Source of the DNA: Candidatus Scatosoma sp. | Lineage (GTDB): Bacteria; Bacillota; Clostridia; Christensenellales; Borkfalkiaceae | Assembly (NCBI GenBank): GCA_045635845.1 | Contig: JAZTWL010000206.1 | Coordinates: forward strand, 1-48,903 | Reading direction: 5' to 3' | DNA length: 48,903 bases | Shown here: one piece after another, positions 34,104 through 42,078 of the stretch | How the letters are laid out: every line of letters begins with the position of its first letter | Position numbering within the stretch: position 1 is the first letter of the stretch | Notes under the pieces: model-generated | What the model was told of the DNA's origin: nothing | The model's input: only the letters and a program-made list of their open reading frames with translations | Databases searched by the model: none | Made by a program: the position numbers and the translations under genes

Positions 34104-34811
34104 ATGTTTTTAGGACTATGCGCGGCGCAATGGCAAAATTATATTGCGGACGGGATTGCGCTCTTATTTATAATAGGTTTTACAATCGTGTGCTCAAAAC
34201 GGGGCTTTATCGACTGTTTCTTTGGGTTTATTTCCACGCTTGTGGCGTTGATCTTGGCGGTGACGATTGCAAAATCCTTCATGAATGCCACGGACGGACT
34301 TTTCGGTTTGCGAGCTTCGCTGACGAAGAGTTTGACGAAGTGGTTTTCGAAATTTGACGGTTTTGACGTAGATATTTCCGCGGTGGGTACGGAAGCCGCG
34401 CTCAACAACGCGGACTTGCCTGCGGTAATTGCAAAACTCGTTTTGAAATCGACGTCTTCGACGTTAGAACCTGGCACGACGCTCGGCATCTTGCTTGGCT
34501 CGACGGTGGCAAGATTGCTTTGTTTGCTCCTTTGCGCGCTCGTGCTTTTCATTTTAATCAAGATTGTGATAAAAATTCTTCGCAAGGCGCTTACGAAAAT
34601 TGCGGAAAGCATCCCCATTTTGGACGGCGTGAATGCGCTGCTTGGTGCGCTGGTTGGTTTATTACAAGCCATTTTAATCTTGAGTGTGATTATCGGTGTG
34701 CTTACCCTTTTCCCTTCGGATACGATCACGGAATATTTCGCGAATACCTATTTGGTGAAGGTTTTATTCGATCACAACCCGTTGGTGGCAATTTTGGGGC
34801 TTTTCCTATAA
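34104..34811 (+). CDS. cvpA: CvpA-family membrane protein
   Basis: 235 aa. N-terminus NYIADGIALLFIIGFTIVCSKRGFIDCFFGFISTLVALILAV is typical of the Colicin V production protein family. Confidence 0.8.
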   Translation: MFLGLCAAQWQNYIADGIALLFIIGFTIVCSKRGFIDCFFGFISTLVALILAVTIAKSFMNATDGLFGLRASLTKSLTKWFSKFDGFDVDISAVGTEAALNNADLPAVIAKLVLKSTSSTLEPGTTLGILLGSTVARLLCLLLCALVLFILIKIVIKILRKALTKIAESIPILDGVNALLGALVGLLQAILILSVIIGVLTLFPSDTITEYFANTYLVKVLFDHNPLVAILGLFL

Positions 34812-34828
34812 GACGAAAAATAATAAAA

Positions 34829-34851
34829 ACGGCGGTTTTCCGCCGTTTTTT
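34829..34851 (+). terminator. rho-independent terminator of cvpA
   Basis: ACGGCGG-TTTT-CCGCCGT followed by T6. Confidence 0.85.
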
Positions 34852-34895
34852 CATGCCCAAAAATACGAATATACAAATATGCTATGCGAATAACC

Positions 34896-35387
34896 TTGTG
34901 GATAACTGTGGATAACTTTTGCCGTTTTTCAAAAAAGAACGAATGTTTGTGGATAAATCCGTTATTTTCTCACAAAAACACCGATTTTCAGGGAAAAATT
35001 AACACTTTTTTCATTTTTGAAAAAAGTTATCCACGGAAAATAAAATATATTAACAAAATTAAAAACCGTAAAAATGGGGGTGTTATCCACAAAAAGAAGG
35101 AAAATTCCTAGATTTTGGCATAAAAATGGTAAGTTTTGTACAAGAATGTGGAAAAGTAGGAAAAATTATCCACAAAAAACGTGGGGGGTAGGTGGACAAC
35201 CCCTACTTATCCACAAAAACACCAAAAATGGCGGGTTTTTGCGTTTATGCAAGGATTTATAATCGTATTTTTTCCCGATTTTCGACCGCGTTTGATAGTT
35301 TTCCACAAAAACTAACGTGGGGGAATTGTGGATAACTAAACGTTTGTTCTTATTTTGTGGAAAGAGTTTTGCTGTGGATTGTGGAAA
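34896..35387. other. DnaA-box cluster 2 (non-coding, ~490 bp)
   Basis: Seven perfect 9-mers: TGTGGATAA at 34896, 34906, 34947 and 35326; TTATCCACA at 35082, 35165 and 35206. One-mismatch boxes at 35026, 35146, 35298 and 35379. AT-rich spacers. No trio run seen. Confidence 0.85.
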
Positions 35388-35393
35388 ACGGGA

Positions 35394-36620
35394 TTAGCGC
35401 ACGTTTTTGAAATGGACGGAGACGGAAATTGCGCAGTTTTGCAAAAGGGAATCGGCGAAGCGGTGGAGTTTTTTCTTGCCGTGTTTTATGAGTAAAGCTC
35501 TCGTGCCGAAGAGATCGCAGCCGCAAGCGCGGCTTTTTTCATATACGGAGAGAATTTCGCTCGCCAACTTCTTTTCGGCTGCGGAAAATACGCCGCTTGG
35601 TACGTCGCCCATGTCCGCGCCGTCGTTTAGGGGTAGGGCTTGCGAATAATCAAGCAAGCCTGCCGTGAGAGAAAGGCGAATTTTGAGTTGCGCGCGGCCG
35701 TCCGTGCCCGTTTGCAGTTGGAGCTTGGCGGCGTTATTTTTGATATTGAGCGCGCAAGTGTTTTCCCCTTTTTCCACAGAATAGGGGGCAAGGCGGAGCT
35801 TGCTTTTGACGGCGCTATACGCAAATGATTCGCTTGCGGTGAGCTGCCCCACCCGCTTGCCTTTGACAAAAAGCGCCGTTTCCCCCGCGGAAAAGACGGG
35901 TTTTTCTTCTTGGGAGCTTGGCGGTTGGTTTTGTGAGCCGCCCGCGCTGTCTTGCGCGGGGTTTTGCGGGGAATTTTGCATATTTTGGCTGTTTTGACCG
36001 ATCTTTTCTTGTTGCGGTTCGGTTTTTAGAATGGGCAAATAGGAGGACGAACTATCCGAAAAATAGGCACTCGCGAACTCGCGTAAGGTGATAGGGAGCG
36101 TCGCGCCCACGCGCTTGGCGTGCGCGGAAAGGACCTTGCCGATTGCAATCGACGAAGAAGGATCTACGAGTGCTTTGGTGTTCAAAATATCGGTGGCGAG
36201 TCCGTCGCAAGTGGCGAGAAGACAATCGTCGGAAAGGTACTCGTCCAAAAGGAAGAAATCGAGCGCGTCAAAGACGTTATATTTCGTTGTTTCCGCACCA
36301 AGCACAATCAAATTGCAAAAGACGAGCTTGGGATACCAACCCGTTTTGGCGTTGATTTGATCGAATGCGTCCGCAATCGTCTTGCCGCGGCTAACAATTT
36401 GCACCGATTCCGTTTGCTTGCCTTGCCCGGACGATTGCGGAATAGCAAGCTGTGACGTGACGATAAACTCATCCCCTTCACGATCGATTCCCGCGGCGGT
36501 GATAATCGCCGTCTTTTGCACGTCGAGTAGCCCAAAATCGTTGGAAAAGAATAAAAACGCAAGCAAAGCAATGATGAGAATATAATATCGGATTGTATTT
36601 TTTACGTGCGCTCTATGCAT
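35394..36620 (-). CDS. Ger(x)C-family spore germination protein
   Basis: 408 aa. AIITAAGIDRE...GWYPKLVFCNLIVLG... matches the GerAC fold pattern. Third gene of the gerA-type operon. Confidence 0.8.
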   Translation of the reverse strand: MHRAHVKNTIRYYILIIALLAFLFFSNDFGLLDVQKTAIITAAGIDREGDEFIVTSQLAIPQSSGQGKQTESVQIVSRGKTIADAFDQINAKTGWYPKLVFCNLIVLGAETTKYNVFDALDFFLLDEYLSDDCLLATCDGLATDILNTKALVDPSSSIAIGKVLSAHAKRVGATLPITLREFASAYFSDSSSSYLPILKTEPQQEKIGQNSQNMQNSPQNPAQDSAGGSQNQPPSSQEEKPVFSAGETALFVKGKRVGQLTASESFAYSAVKSKLRLAPYSVEKGENTCALNIKNNAAKLQLQTGTDGRAQLKIRLSLTAGLLDYSQALPLNDGADMGDVPSGVFSAAEKKLASEILSVYEKSRACGCDLFGTRALLIKHGKKKLHRFADSLLQNCAISVSVHFKNVR

Positions 36621-37746
36621 GGTCCGGCTCCTTCGTTTTTCTTGGATTTTTCGGCGGTTTTTTCGTTAAACTCGGCAATAGTATTAAAAACAAGGGGAGC
36701 ATGTCCGCAACCAAGAAAAAAATAAAAAATGTTTCACGTGAAATAATTTTATAAAAAAGGTTATAATGTCGGTTAAAAAACAGGGCGAAAAGAAAGAGCG
36801 AGATATTCAAGATTGCGGATAAAAGCGTTCGTTTTTCGGTGTGGAAGGTGGCGGATAGTAAATTTGTGGCGTATTGAACGGGTAGGCAAGTGTAAAAAAT
36901 GAGCACAACGGAGAGAAGGTAGATAAAAATTAGATCGATTCTACCAACGACCTTGAGTGCGGGGAAATACTGCGCGATTTTTGAAAAGGCGTAGTGTTCT
37001 CTCGGGGCAAGCGTACCAAAAACGGCGTAAAAAACGGCGAGAAAGAGCAAGGTAAACGCCGCGCCCACGCCGTAGCCCGCCATAATTTTTTTGCTATCCC
37101 CTTTTTGATAACGTAAGTGAAAAAGTAGGGGCAGAAGCAACACCGTATCGGAAAAATGGGGCGCGGAATAGGAAAATGCCAAGGTGTTTTGGCGGAAGCT
37201 CGTGCCGAAAAAAGGGAGTAAGTTTGAAAAATCCGCGCTTGGAATTGCCATAAAAAGCAAGGCGAGAAAGGGCAATAGAAAGAGAAAAAGACATAGATCA
37301 CCACTCCTACCGATTGCGTTGATTTTTTTGGTACAAACGTAGGCGCACACAATAAAAAATGCGCCGAAAGAAAAGGTGGTGGGCGCGGTGTCGAAGAAAG
37401 CCGCGTAGACGAATTTTTCCAAATCTAAAATGGGCAAAAGGGCAGCGAAAAGGAAAAAAACAGTAAAGACTGCATAGAAGAAAATAGCCCATTTTCCAAG
37501 CGAAAACTGCAACCGTTCGGCAAGCGTTTGCTTGGATTGTGCGCATACGTATAAGAGTGCAAGGAGAAGCAAGCCTTGCAAAAGAAGATGCATAAACGCG
37601 GGGATAAGTAAATCCCCTTTGGCGTATTTTGCGAGTAAGGAAGGAACTTCCAAAAATTTAGATACGGGCAAAAGAAAGGCGCAAATAAAAGCAATCTGTC
37701 TTGCGTGTATCGATTGTGTGGCAGATTTATTGCTAGATGAAATCAC
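36613..37746 (-). CDS. GerAB-family spore germination protein (APC-type permease-like, 10 TM)
   Basis: 377 aa polytopic membrane protein between the gerAA and gerAC homologues. GTG start. Confidence 0.8.
   Translation of the reverse strand: MISSSNKSATQSIHARQIAFICAFLLPVSKFLEVPSLLAKYAKGDLLIPAFMHLLLQGLLLLALLYVCAQSKQTLAERLQFSLGKWAIFFYAVFTVFFLFAALLPILDLEKFVYAAFFDTAPTTFSFGAFFIVCAYVCTKKINAIGRSGDLCLFLFLLPFLALLFMAIPSADFSNLLPFFGTSFRQNTLAFSYSAPHFSDTVLLLPLLFHLRYQKGDSKKIMAGYGVGAAFTLLFLAVFYAVFGTLAPREHYAFSKIAQYFPALKVVGRIDLIFIYLLSVVLIFYTCLPVQYATNLLSATFHTEKRTLLSAILNISLFLFALFFNRHYNLFYKIISRETFFIFFLVADMLPLFLILLPSLTKKPPKNPRKTKEPDHA
36729..36744. promoter_or_regulatory. parS-like site (15/16 match to TGTTNCACGTGAAACA)
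   Basis: TGTTTCACGTGAAATA inside gerAB, within 10 kb of the inferred origin. Confidence 0.5.
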
Positions 37747-37770
37747 GATAAAAATTCCTTAAGTTTTTAA

Positions 37771-37798
37771 TTCAACGCGTACATGGTGGGTGTATTTT
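37771..37798 (-). repeat. dispersed 28-nt repeat, copy N (type 1 variant), between gerAA stop and gerAB start
   Basis: Top strand TTCAACGCGTACATGGTGGGTGTATTTT, abutting the gerAA TAG. Confidence 0.8.
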
Positions 37799-39259
37799 CT
37801 ATTTTTCCTTCAAACGGGTGTAGTTTTTTGATTGTAAAACGGATGGGCGTTTATCTAAATCAGACATGTCATATTTTACGATTGTATCTCGCAAATCGTG
37901 TGTTTTTAAGGGGGAGAAGGGCGCAAGTAAAGGCGCGCCGAAGCTATCTGCTGTGATAAGGTAATATAATAGAAAAGTGAGTAAAAGGACGATGCCGAAC
38001 GGGCCGATGCTCCCCGCAACGAGCAGGAAAAGCCAACGGAGTACGCCGCCCGTTTCCACGAAGGAAGGAACGGTGTACAAACAAATACCCGAGAAGGCGA
38101 CGATAATGATAGCGGGGGTAGAAAGGAAACCCGCGGAAACCGCCGTTTCGCCGAGTACGAGCGCGCCGACGACGGAAAGACTCATGCCGACGTATTTCGG
38201 CATACGCACACTCGCTTCTTTTAGCACTTCGAGCAAAAATAGCACGACGAACATTTCCAAATTCGGGGAAAGGGGCAATTCGCGGACGCTGCTTGCGATT
38301 GTGAGCATTAATCCGAGTGGCAAAAGCTGCATTTTGAAAAGCTGTGCCGAGACGTAAAACGCGGGCAAAAGAATCGCGACGAATAAGGCAAGTAGGCGCA
38401 AAAAGCGGAAAGTCGTGGAAACGAAGGGGGAATGGAAATAGTCTTCGCTGCTTTGTAAGCCTTCCGTTAAAAGGTAGGGGGCGGTGAGTGCAATCGGCGA
38501 ACCGTCCACCAAAATCCCCACCCTGCCTTCCATGATTTTTGCGCAAAAAATATCCGGCTTTTCCGTCGTGCCGAGCGTATGGAAAAGGGAATGCTTGCGC
38601 TCGGAAATTAGCGCGGAAATATAGGAAGAATCGGGGAGATAATCGACGTCGATTTTTTGAATGCGCGCCTTAATCTCGTCAAGCACGTCTTCGTTGCTCG
38701 TTCCCGACAAATAACAAAGCGTAACGGCGGTATCCGAGCGACGGCCAACCCGCATGGTTTCAAAACGCAGCTCGGGGGTTTTGAGTCGTTTACGAACGAG
38801 CGACATGTTCGTTTTAATATCTTCGATAAAGCCTTCTCTCGGGCCTTTCACGGCAATATCTGTCGGCGGCTCGGCAACAGAGCGGACGGGCAAAAGCTTT
38901 GCGCCCACGATAAAGCCCGTGGAGAGTTCGTCCACGAGTAAAAGACTATTTCCGTCCAAGATTTCCTTAATGGAATCCGCAATTTTTTCCACCGTTTTTA
39001 ATTCGGGAAAAAGCAGGGATTTTTTCAAGTTTTCTTCATTCAACGCGTACCTGCCCCCGTCATTTTTTGCAAAAAGTCGGGAAAGGGGGCGGGCAATAAG
39101 GTCACCGAGTACTTCTTTATTCACCACCCCGTCGGCATAGACGATCGCGCACGAAACGCCGTCTTCCGTTTGGAAGTCGTAGGTTAAAACGTCTTCGGAA
39201 GGAAGGAGTTTTTTGAGTTCCGTCAAATTTTTTTGTAAGCTTTTAGAGAAAACGTTCAC
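37799..39259 (-). CDS. GerAA-family spore germination protein
   Basis: 486 aa. VRSVAEPPTDIAVKGPREGFIEDIKTNMSLVRKRL is the hallmark GerA motif. C-terminal TM bundle. Confidence 0.9.
   Translation of the reverse strand: MNVFSKSLQKNLTELKKLLPSEDVLTYDFQTEDGVSCAIVYADGVVNKEVLGDLIARPLSRLFAKNDGGRYALNEENLKKSLLFPELKTVEKIADSIKEILDGNSLLLVDELSTGFIVGAKLLPVRSVAEPPTDIAVKGPREGFIEDIKTNMSLVRKRLKTPELRFETMRVGRRSDTAVTLCYLSGTSNEDVLDEIKARIQKIDVDYLPDSSYISALISERKHSLFHTLGTTEKPDIFCAKIMEGRVGILVDGSPIALTAPYLLTEGLQSSEDYFHSPFVSTTFRFLRLLALFVAILLPAFYVSAQLFKMQLLPLGLMLTIASSVRELPLSPNLEMFVVLFLLEVLKEASVRMPKYVGMSLSVVGALVLGETAVSAGFLSTPAIIIVAFSGICLYTVPSFVETGGVLRWLFLLVAGSIGPFGIVLLLTFLLYYLITADSFGAPLLAPFSPLKTHDLRDTIVKYDMSDLDKRPSVLQSKNYTRLKEK
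39039..39066 (-). repeat. dispersed 28-nt repeat, copy O (type 2), inside gerAA
   Basis: Top strand TTCAACGCGTACCTGCCCCCGTCATTTT, translated as KNDGGRYALNE. Confidence 0.8.
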
Positions 39260-39371
39260 AAGGCTAGCGTGGGTGTTTTTTGGAAAAAGTATACGAAAGG
39301 GGTGCGCGCTATTGACATTTTCGTGATTTTATAGTAAACTATACGGGAAGAAAAGGAAAAAGGAGTGAATT

Positions 39372-40076
39372 ATGGAAGGCGTAGAGCTTGGCGAATACGA
39401 AGTGCTTGAAGATATGCTCGTGGACGGCTTGCAAATCGTGCAAGACACACGGCTTTATCGTTTCACGTCCGATTCGGTGCTTTTGTCCCGTTTCGCAAAA
39501 GCGAAAAAGCGGGATAAGGTGGCGGATTTTTGCGCGGGAAGCGGGATTGTGGCTTTCCATTTTTACGCAATCAACCGCAAGGAAATCGACGGCTTGGAAT
39601 TCACCCTTTTCGAAATGCAAAAGGAGCTTTCCGAGTTATCGAAGAAAACGGCGCTAGTGAACGGCTTTGAGAATTTTACAATTGAAAATTGTAAGCTGCA
39701 AGAAATAAGCAAAACTTATAGAGAAAGCTTTTCGCTCGTGCTTTGTAATCCGCCGTATGAACGGGCGGGGAGCGGCTTTGACAACGACGAATACCACAAG
39801 GCGGTGTGCCGCAAGGAATTGACGCTCACGTTGCAAGAAATTGCCAAGGCGGCGAATTTTGCTTTGAAGTTTGGCGGGAGAATTTGTATGCTTCACCGCG
39901 CCGATCGTTTGCCGGAAGTTTGCTATCACTTGAAAGCGGAAAATATCGAAGTGAAGAAGATTCAATTCGTGGGGGGCAGGGATGCGACGAAGCCCTATTT
40001 GGTGATGGTGGAAGGCGTGAAGGGCGGGAAGCCCGGCTGCACGATTTTGGAAACGATCGTCAACGTAAGAGAATAA
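39372..40076 (+). CDS. SAM-dependent methyltransferase, tRNA (adenine37-N6)-methyltransferase TrmN6/YabB-like
   Basis: VADFCAGSGIV and LCNPPY motifs. Lies upstream of rsmI, as for Bacillus yabB-yabC. Confidence 0.75.
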   Translation: MEGVELGEYEVLEDMLVDGLQIVQDTRLYRFTSDSVLLSRFAKAKKRDKVADFCAGSGIVAFHFYAINRKEIDGLEFTLFEMQKELSELSKKTALVNGFENFTIENCKLQEISKTYRESFSLVLCNPPYERAGSGFDNDEYHKAVCRKELTLTLQEIAKAANFALKFGGRICMLHRADRLPEVCYHLKAENIEVKKIQFVGGRDATKPYLVMVEGVKGGKPGCTILETIVNVRE

Positions 40077-40094
40077 AAAAGGAATGAGAGAAAT

Positions 40095-40898
40095 ATGGTT
40101 AGTTTTGTAGCAACGCCGATCGGTAATTTGAAAGATATTACCCTTCGTGCTTTGGAAACACTTAAGGAAGCGGACGTGATTTTCTGTGAAGACACCCGTC
40201 ATACAATCAAGCTCTTGAACGCGTACGAAATTAAAAAGCCTTTGTATGCGTGTCATAAATTCAACGAGACGGAAGCGGCGGAAAAGATTCTTGCCGCGAG
40301 TAAACGCGGGGAAAACGTGGTGGTGGTTTCGGATGCGGGTACGCCCGTCGTTTCCGACCCCGGCAATATCGTTTGCAAAATACTCCGCGAAAACAACGAG
40401 CCCTACACGTTGATTCCCGGGGCTTGCGCTTTCGTGGCGGCGCTCGTTTTGTCTGCCTTGCCCGCGGGAAGATTTGCGTTTATCGGGTTCTTGCCCGATA
40501 AAAACAGTGAGAAAAAAGAGCTCCTTGAAAAGTACAAGGATAGCGATTTGACGCTCGCTTTCCATTGCGCGCCGCAAGACGTGGATAAGGACGTGAAGGC
40601 AATGTATGAAGTTTTTGGCGACCGCAACGCATGCGCGGTGCGTGAAATTACCAAACTGCATGAAGAAGCGGTGAATTTCACGTTAAAGGAAGGTCTTTCC
40701 GGGGAAAAACGCGGGGAATACGTACTCGTCGTGGAAGGCGCGAAAGAAGGGGAAAGTCCCTTAAACGCACTCTCGGAAGTGGAACATATTAAGCACTATA
40801 TGGCGGCCGGTTTGGATAAAAAAGAAGCGCTTAAAAGGGCGGCGAAAGACCGCGGCGTGACGAAATCCGAGCTCTATCCGTTTGCGATTGATTTGTAA
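40095..40898 (+). CDS. rsmI: 16S rRNA (cytidine1402-2'-O)-methyltransferase RsmI
   Basis: FVATPIGNLKDITLRALETLKEADVIFCEDTRHT...VVVSDAGTPVVSDPG. Confidence 0.92.
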   Translation: MVSFVATPIGNLKDITLRALETLKEADVIFCEDTRHTIKLLNAYEIKKPLYACHKFNETEAAEKILAASKRGENVVVVSDAGTPVVSDPGNIVCKILRENNEPYTLIPGACAFVAALVLSALPAGRFAFIGFLPDKNSEKKELLEKYKDSDLTLAFHCAPQDVDKDVKAMYEVFGDRNACAVREITKLHEEAVNFTLKEGLSGEKRGEYVLVVEGAKEGESPLNALSEVEHIKHYMAAGLDKKEALKRAAKDRGVTKSELYPFAIDL

Positions 40899-40958
40899 TT
40901 TAGGTATAAGTGTAGATAATAGCTATGCTATTATCTAAAGTTGATATAAGGAGAGATT

Positions 40959-41690
40959 ATGGCATATTATATTGTTAGTTTTGGTGTAATGCTGCTGTGT
41001 GCGGCAATCGGCGCGAGCGCGAGCATGAAGGTGCACCGCGCATTCAATAAGTACGGGAATATTCCCACGCAATCGCGTATGTCGGGCTACGACACGGCGA
41101 CGAGATTGCTTCGCGCGAATGGTGTGAAGGATATTCGTGTGGGAAAAGTGCGCGGGACACTTTCCGATCACTATCACCCGACGAAAAAGGAAGTGAATCT
41201 TTCGGACAGCACGTACGGCGATACGTCGATTGCGTCCGTGGCGGTGGCGGCGCACGAAATCGGGCACGTTATGCAAAACAAGAAGGGCTATCCCCTTTAT
41301 AAGCTTCGCCGTGTGCTCGTTCCGATCACGAATATCGGTACGGCGTTGGCGGTTCCGCTCGTATTGATCGGCTTGGTGTTGGATTTTGCCGTGGCATCCA
41401 CGCAAAACTCGGATATGGGTTGGTACTTGGCGCTTGCAGGCGTTGCGCTTTACGGACTTTCGACGGTGTTTGCACTCGTCACGTTGCCCGTGGAGTTGGA
41501 CGCAAGCAGACGGGCGAAGAAAATGCTTGTGGCGGAAGGGATTTTGACGGACGAAGAACTGCCTTATGCGGACAAAATGTTGGACGCGGCGGCGAATACC
41601 TACGTAGCGTCGCTCTTGACGTCGATGATTTATTTCTTGCGTTTTGCCCTTTGGGTATTTATAATGTTCGGCAATAGAAAAGACGATTAA
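40959..41690 (+). CDS. membrane zinc metallopeptidase (Zn_peptidase_2 / YugP family)
   Basis: SVAVAAHEIGHVMQ, N- and C-terminal TM segments, ELDASRRA. Confidence 0.85.
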   Translation: MAYYIVSFGVMLLCAAIGASASMKVHRAFNKYGNIPTQSRMSGYDTATRLLRANGVKDIRVGKVRGTLSDHYHPTKKEVNLSDSTYGDTSIASVAVAAHEIGHVMQNKKGYPLYKLRRVLVPITNIGTALAVPLVLIGLVLDFAVASTQNSDMGWYLALAGVALYGLSTVFALVTLPVELDASRRAKKMLVAEGILTDEELPYADKMLDAAANTYVASLLTSMIYFLRFALWVFIMFGNRKDD

Positions 41691-41698
41691 AAGAAGAA

Positions 41699-41726
41699 GG
41701 AAGGCCTTGCGGCTTTCCTTTTTTTG
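41699..41726 (+). terminator. terminator (one mismatch)
   Basis: GGAAGGCC-TTGC-GGCTTTCC followed by T7. Confidence 0.7.
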
Positions 41727-41970
41727 TTGGGGAGTGCGTGGGGCAAAAGACGTGCGACTGTGGTGCGCGGAGACGGAGAAGCGAGTTGTTTTCGTTTACA
41801 AAAAATGGGATTTGGCATCGGTATGGACGAAAAATGGAAATTATGGGAAATGATGACTTTTTCTCATAGAGAAAGGGAGATTTTTTACACAGTTCGTATA
41901 GAGAAAGTGGAAAAGCCAAAAATTGTTTAATAAAAAACAATGAAACTTTCAAAAAGTGGGATAAAAATCG

Positions 41971-41998
41971 TTGACAAAGATTTGCAAAAGTATATAAT
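41971..41998 (+). promoter_or_regulatory. sigma-A type promoter (TTGACA-16-TATAAT) for the large secreted protein gene
   Basis: TTGACA at 41971-41976 and TATAAT at 41993-41998. The ~80-nt AT-rich leader contains the hairpin CACTAT-GCGTT-ATAGTG. Confidence 0.6.
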
Positions 41999-42078
41999 AG
42001 ACACTATGCGTTATAGTGAAACTATAAATAGCATATAAATAAGACACAATTTTTTTCTATCTTTTAGGAGAAGTGACA

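Noticed and set aside
34884-35262. Small + strand ORFs (34884-35111, 35074-35262) in the cvpA-gerAC gap
   Set aside because: They are composed of repeated DnaA boxes (translated as WIT/LSTK-type repeats) and lack an RBS. The region is better explained as a DnaA-box cluster.
41724-41930. 68-aa ORF in the gap upstream of the large secreted protein gene
   Set aside because: It has no RBS and odd composition, and it lies between a terminator and the downstream promoter. It is treated as non-coding.
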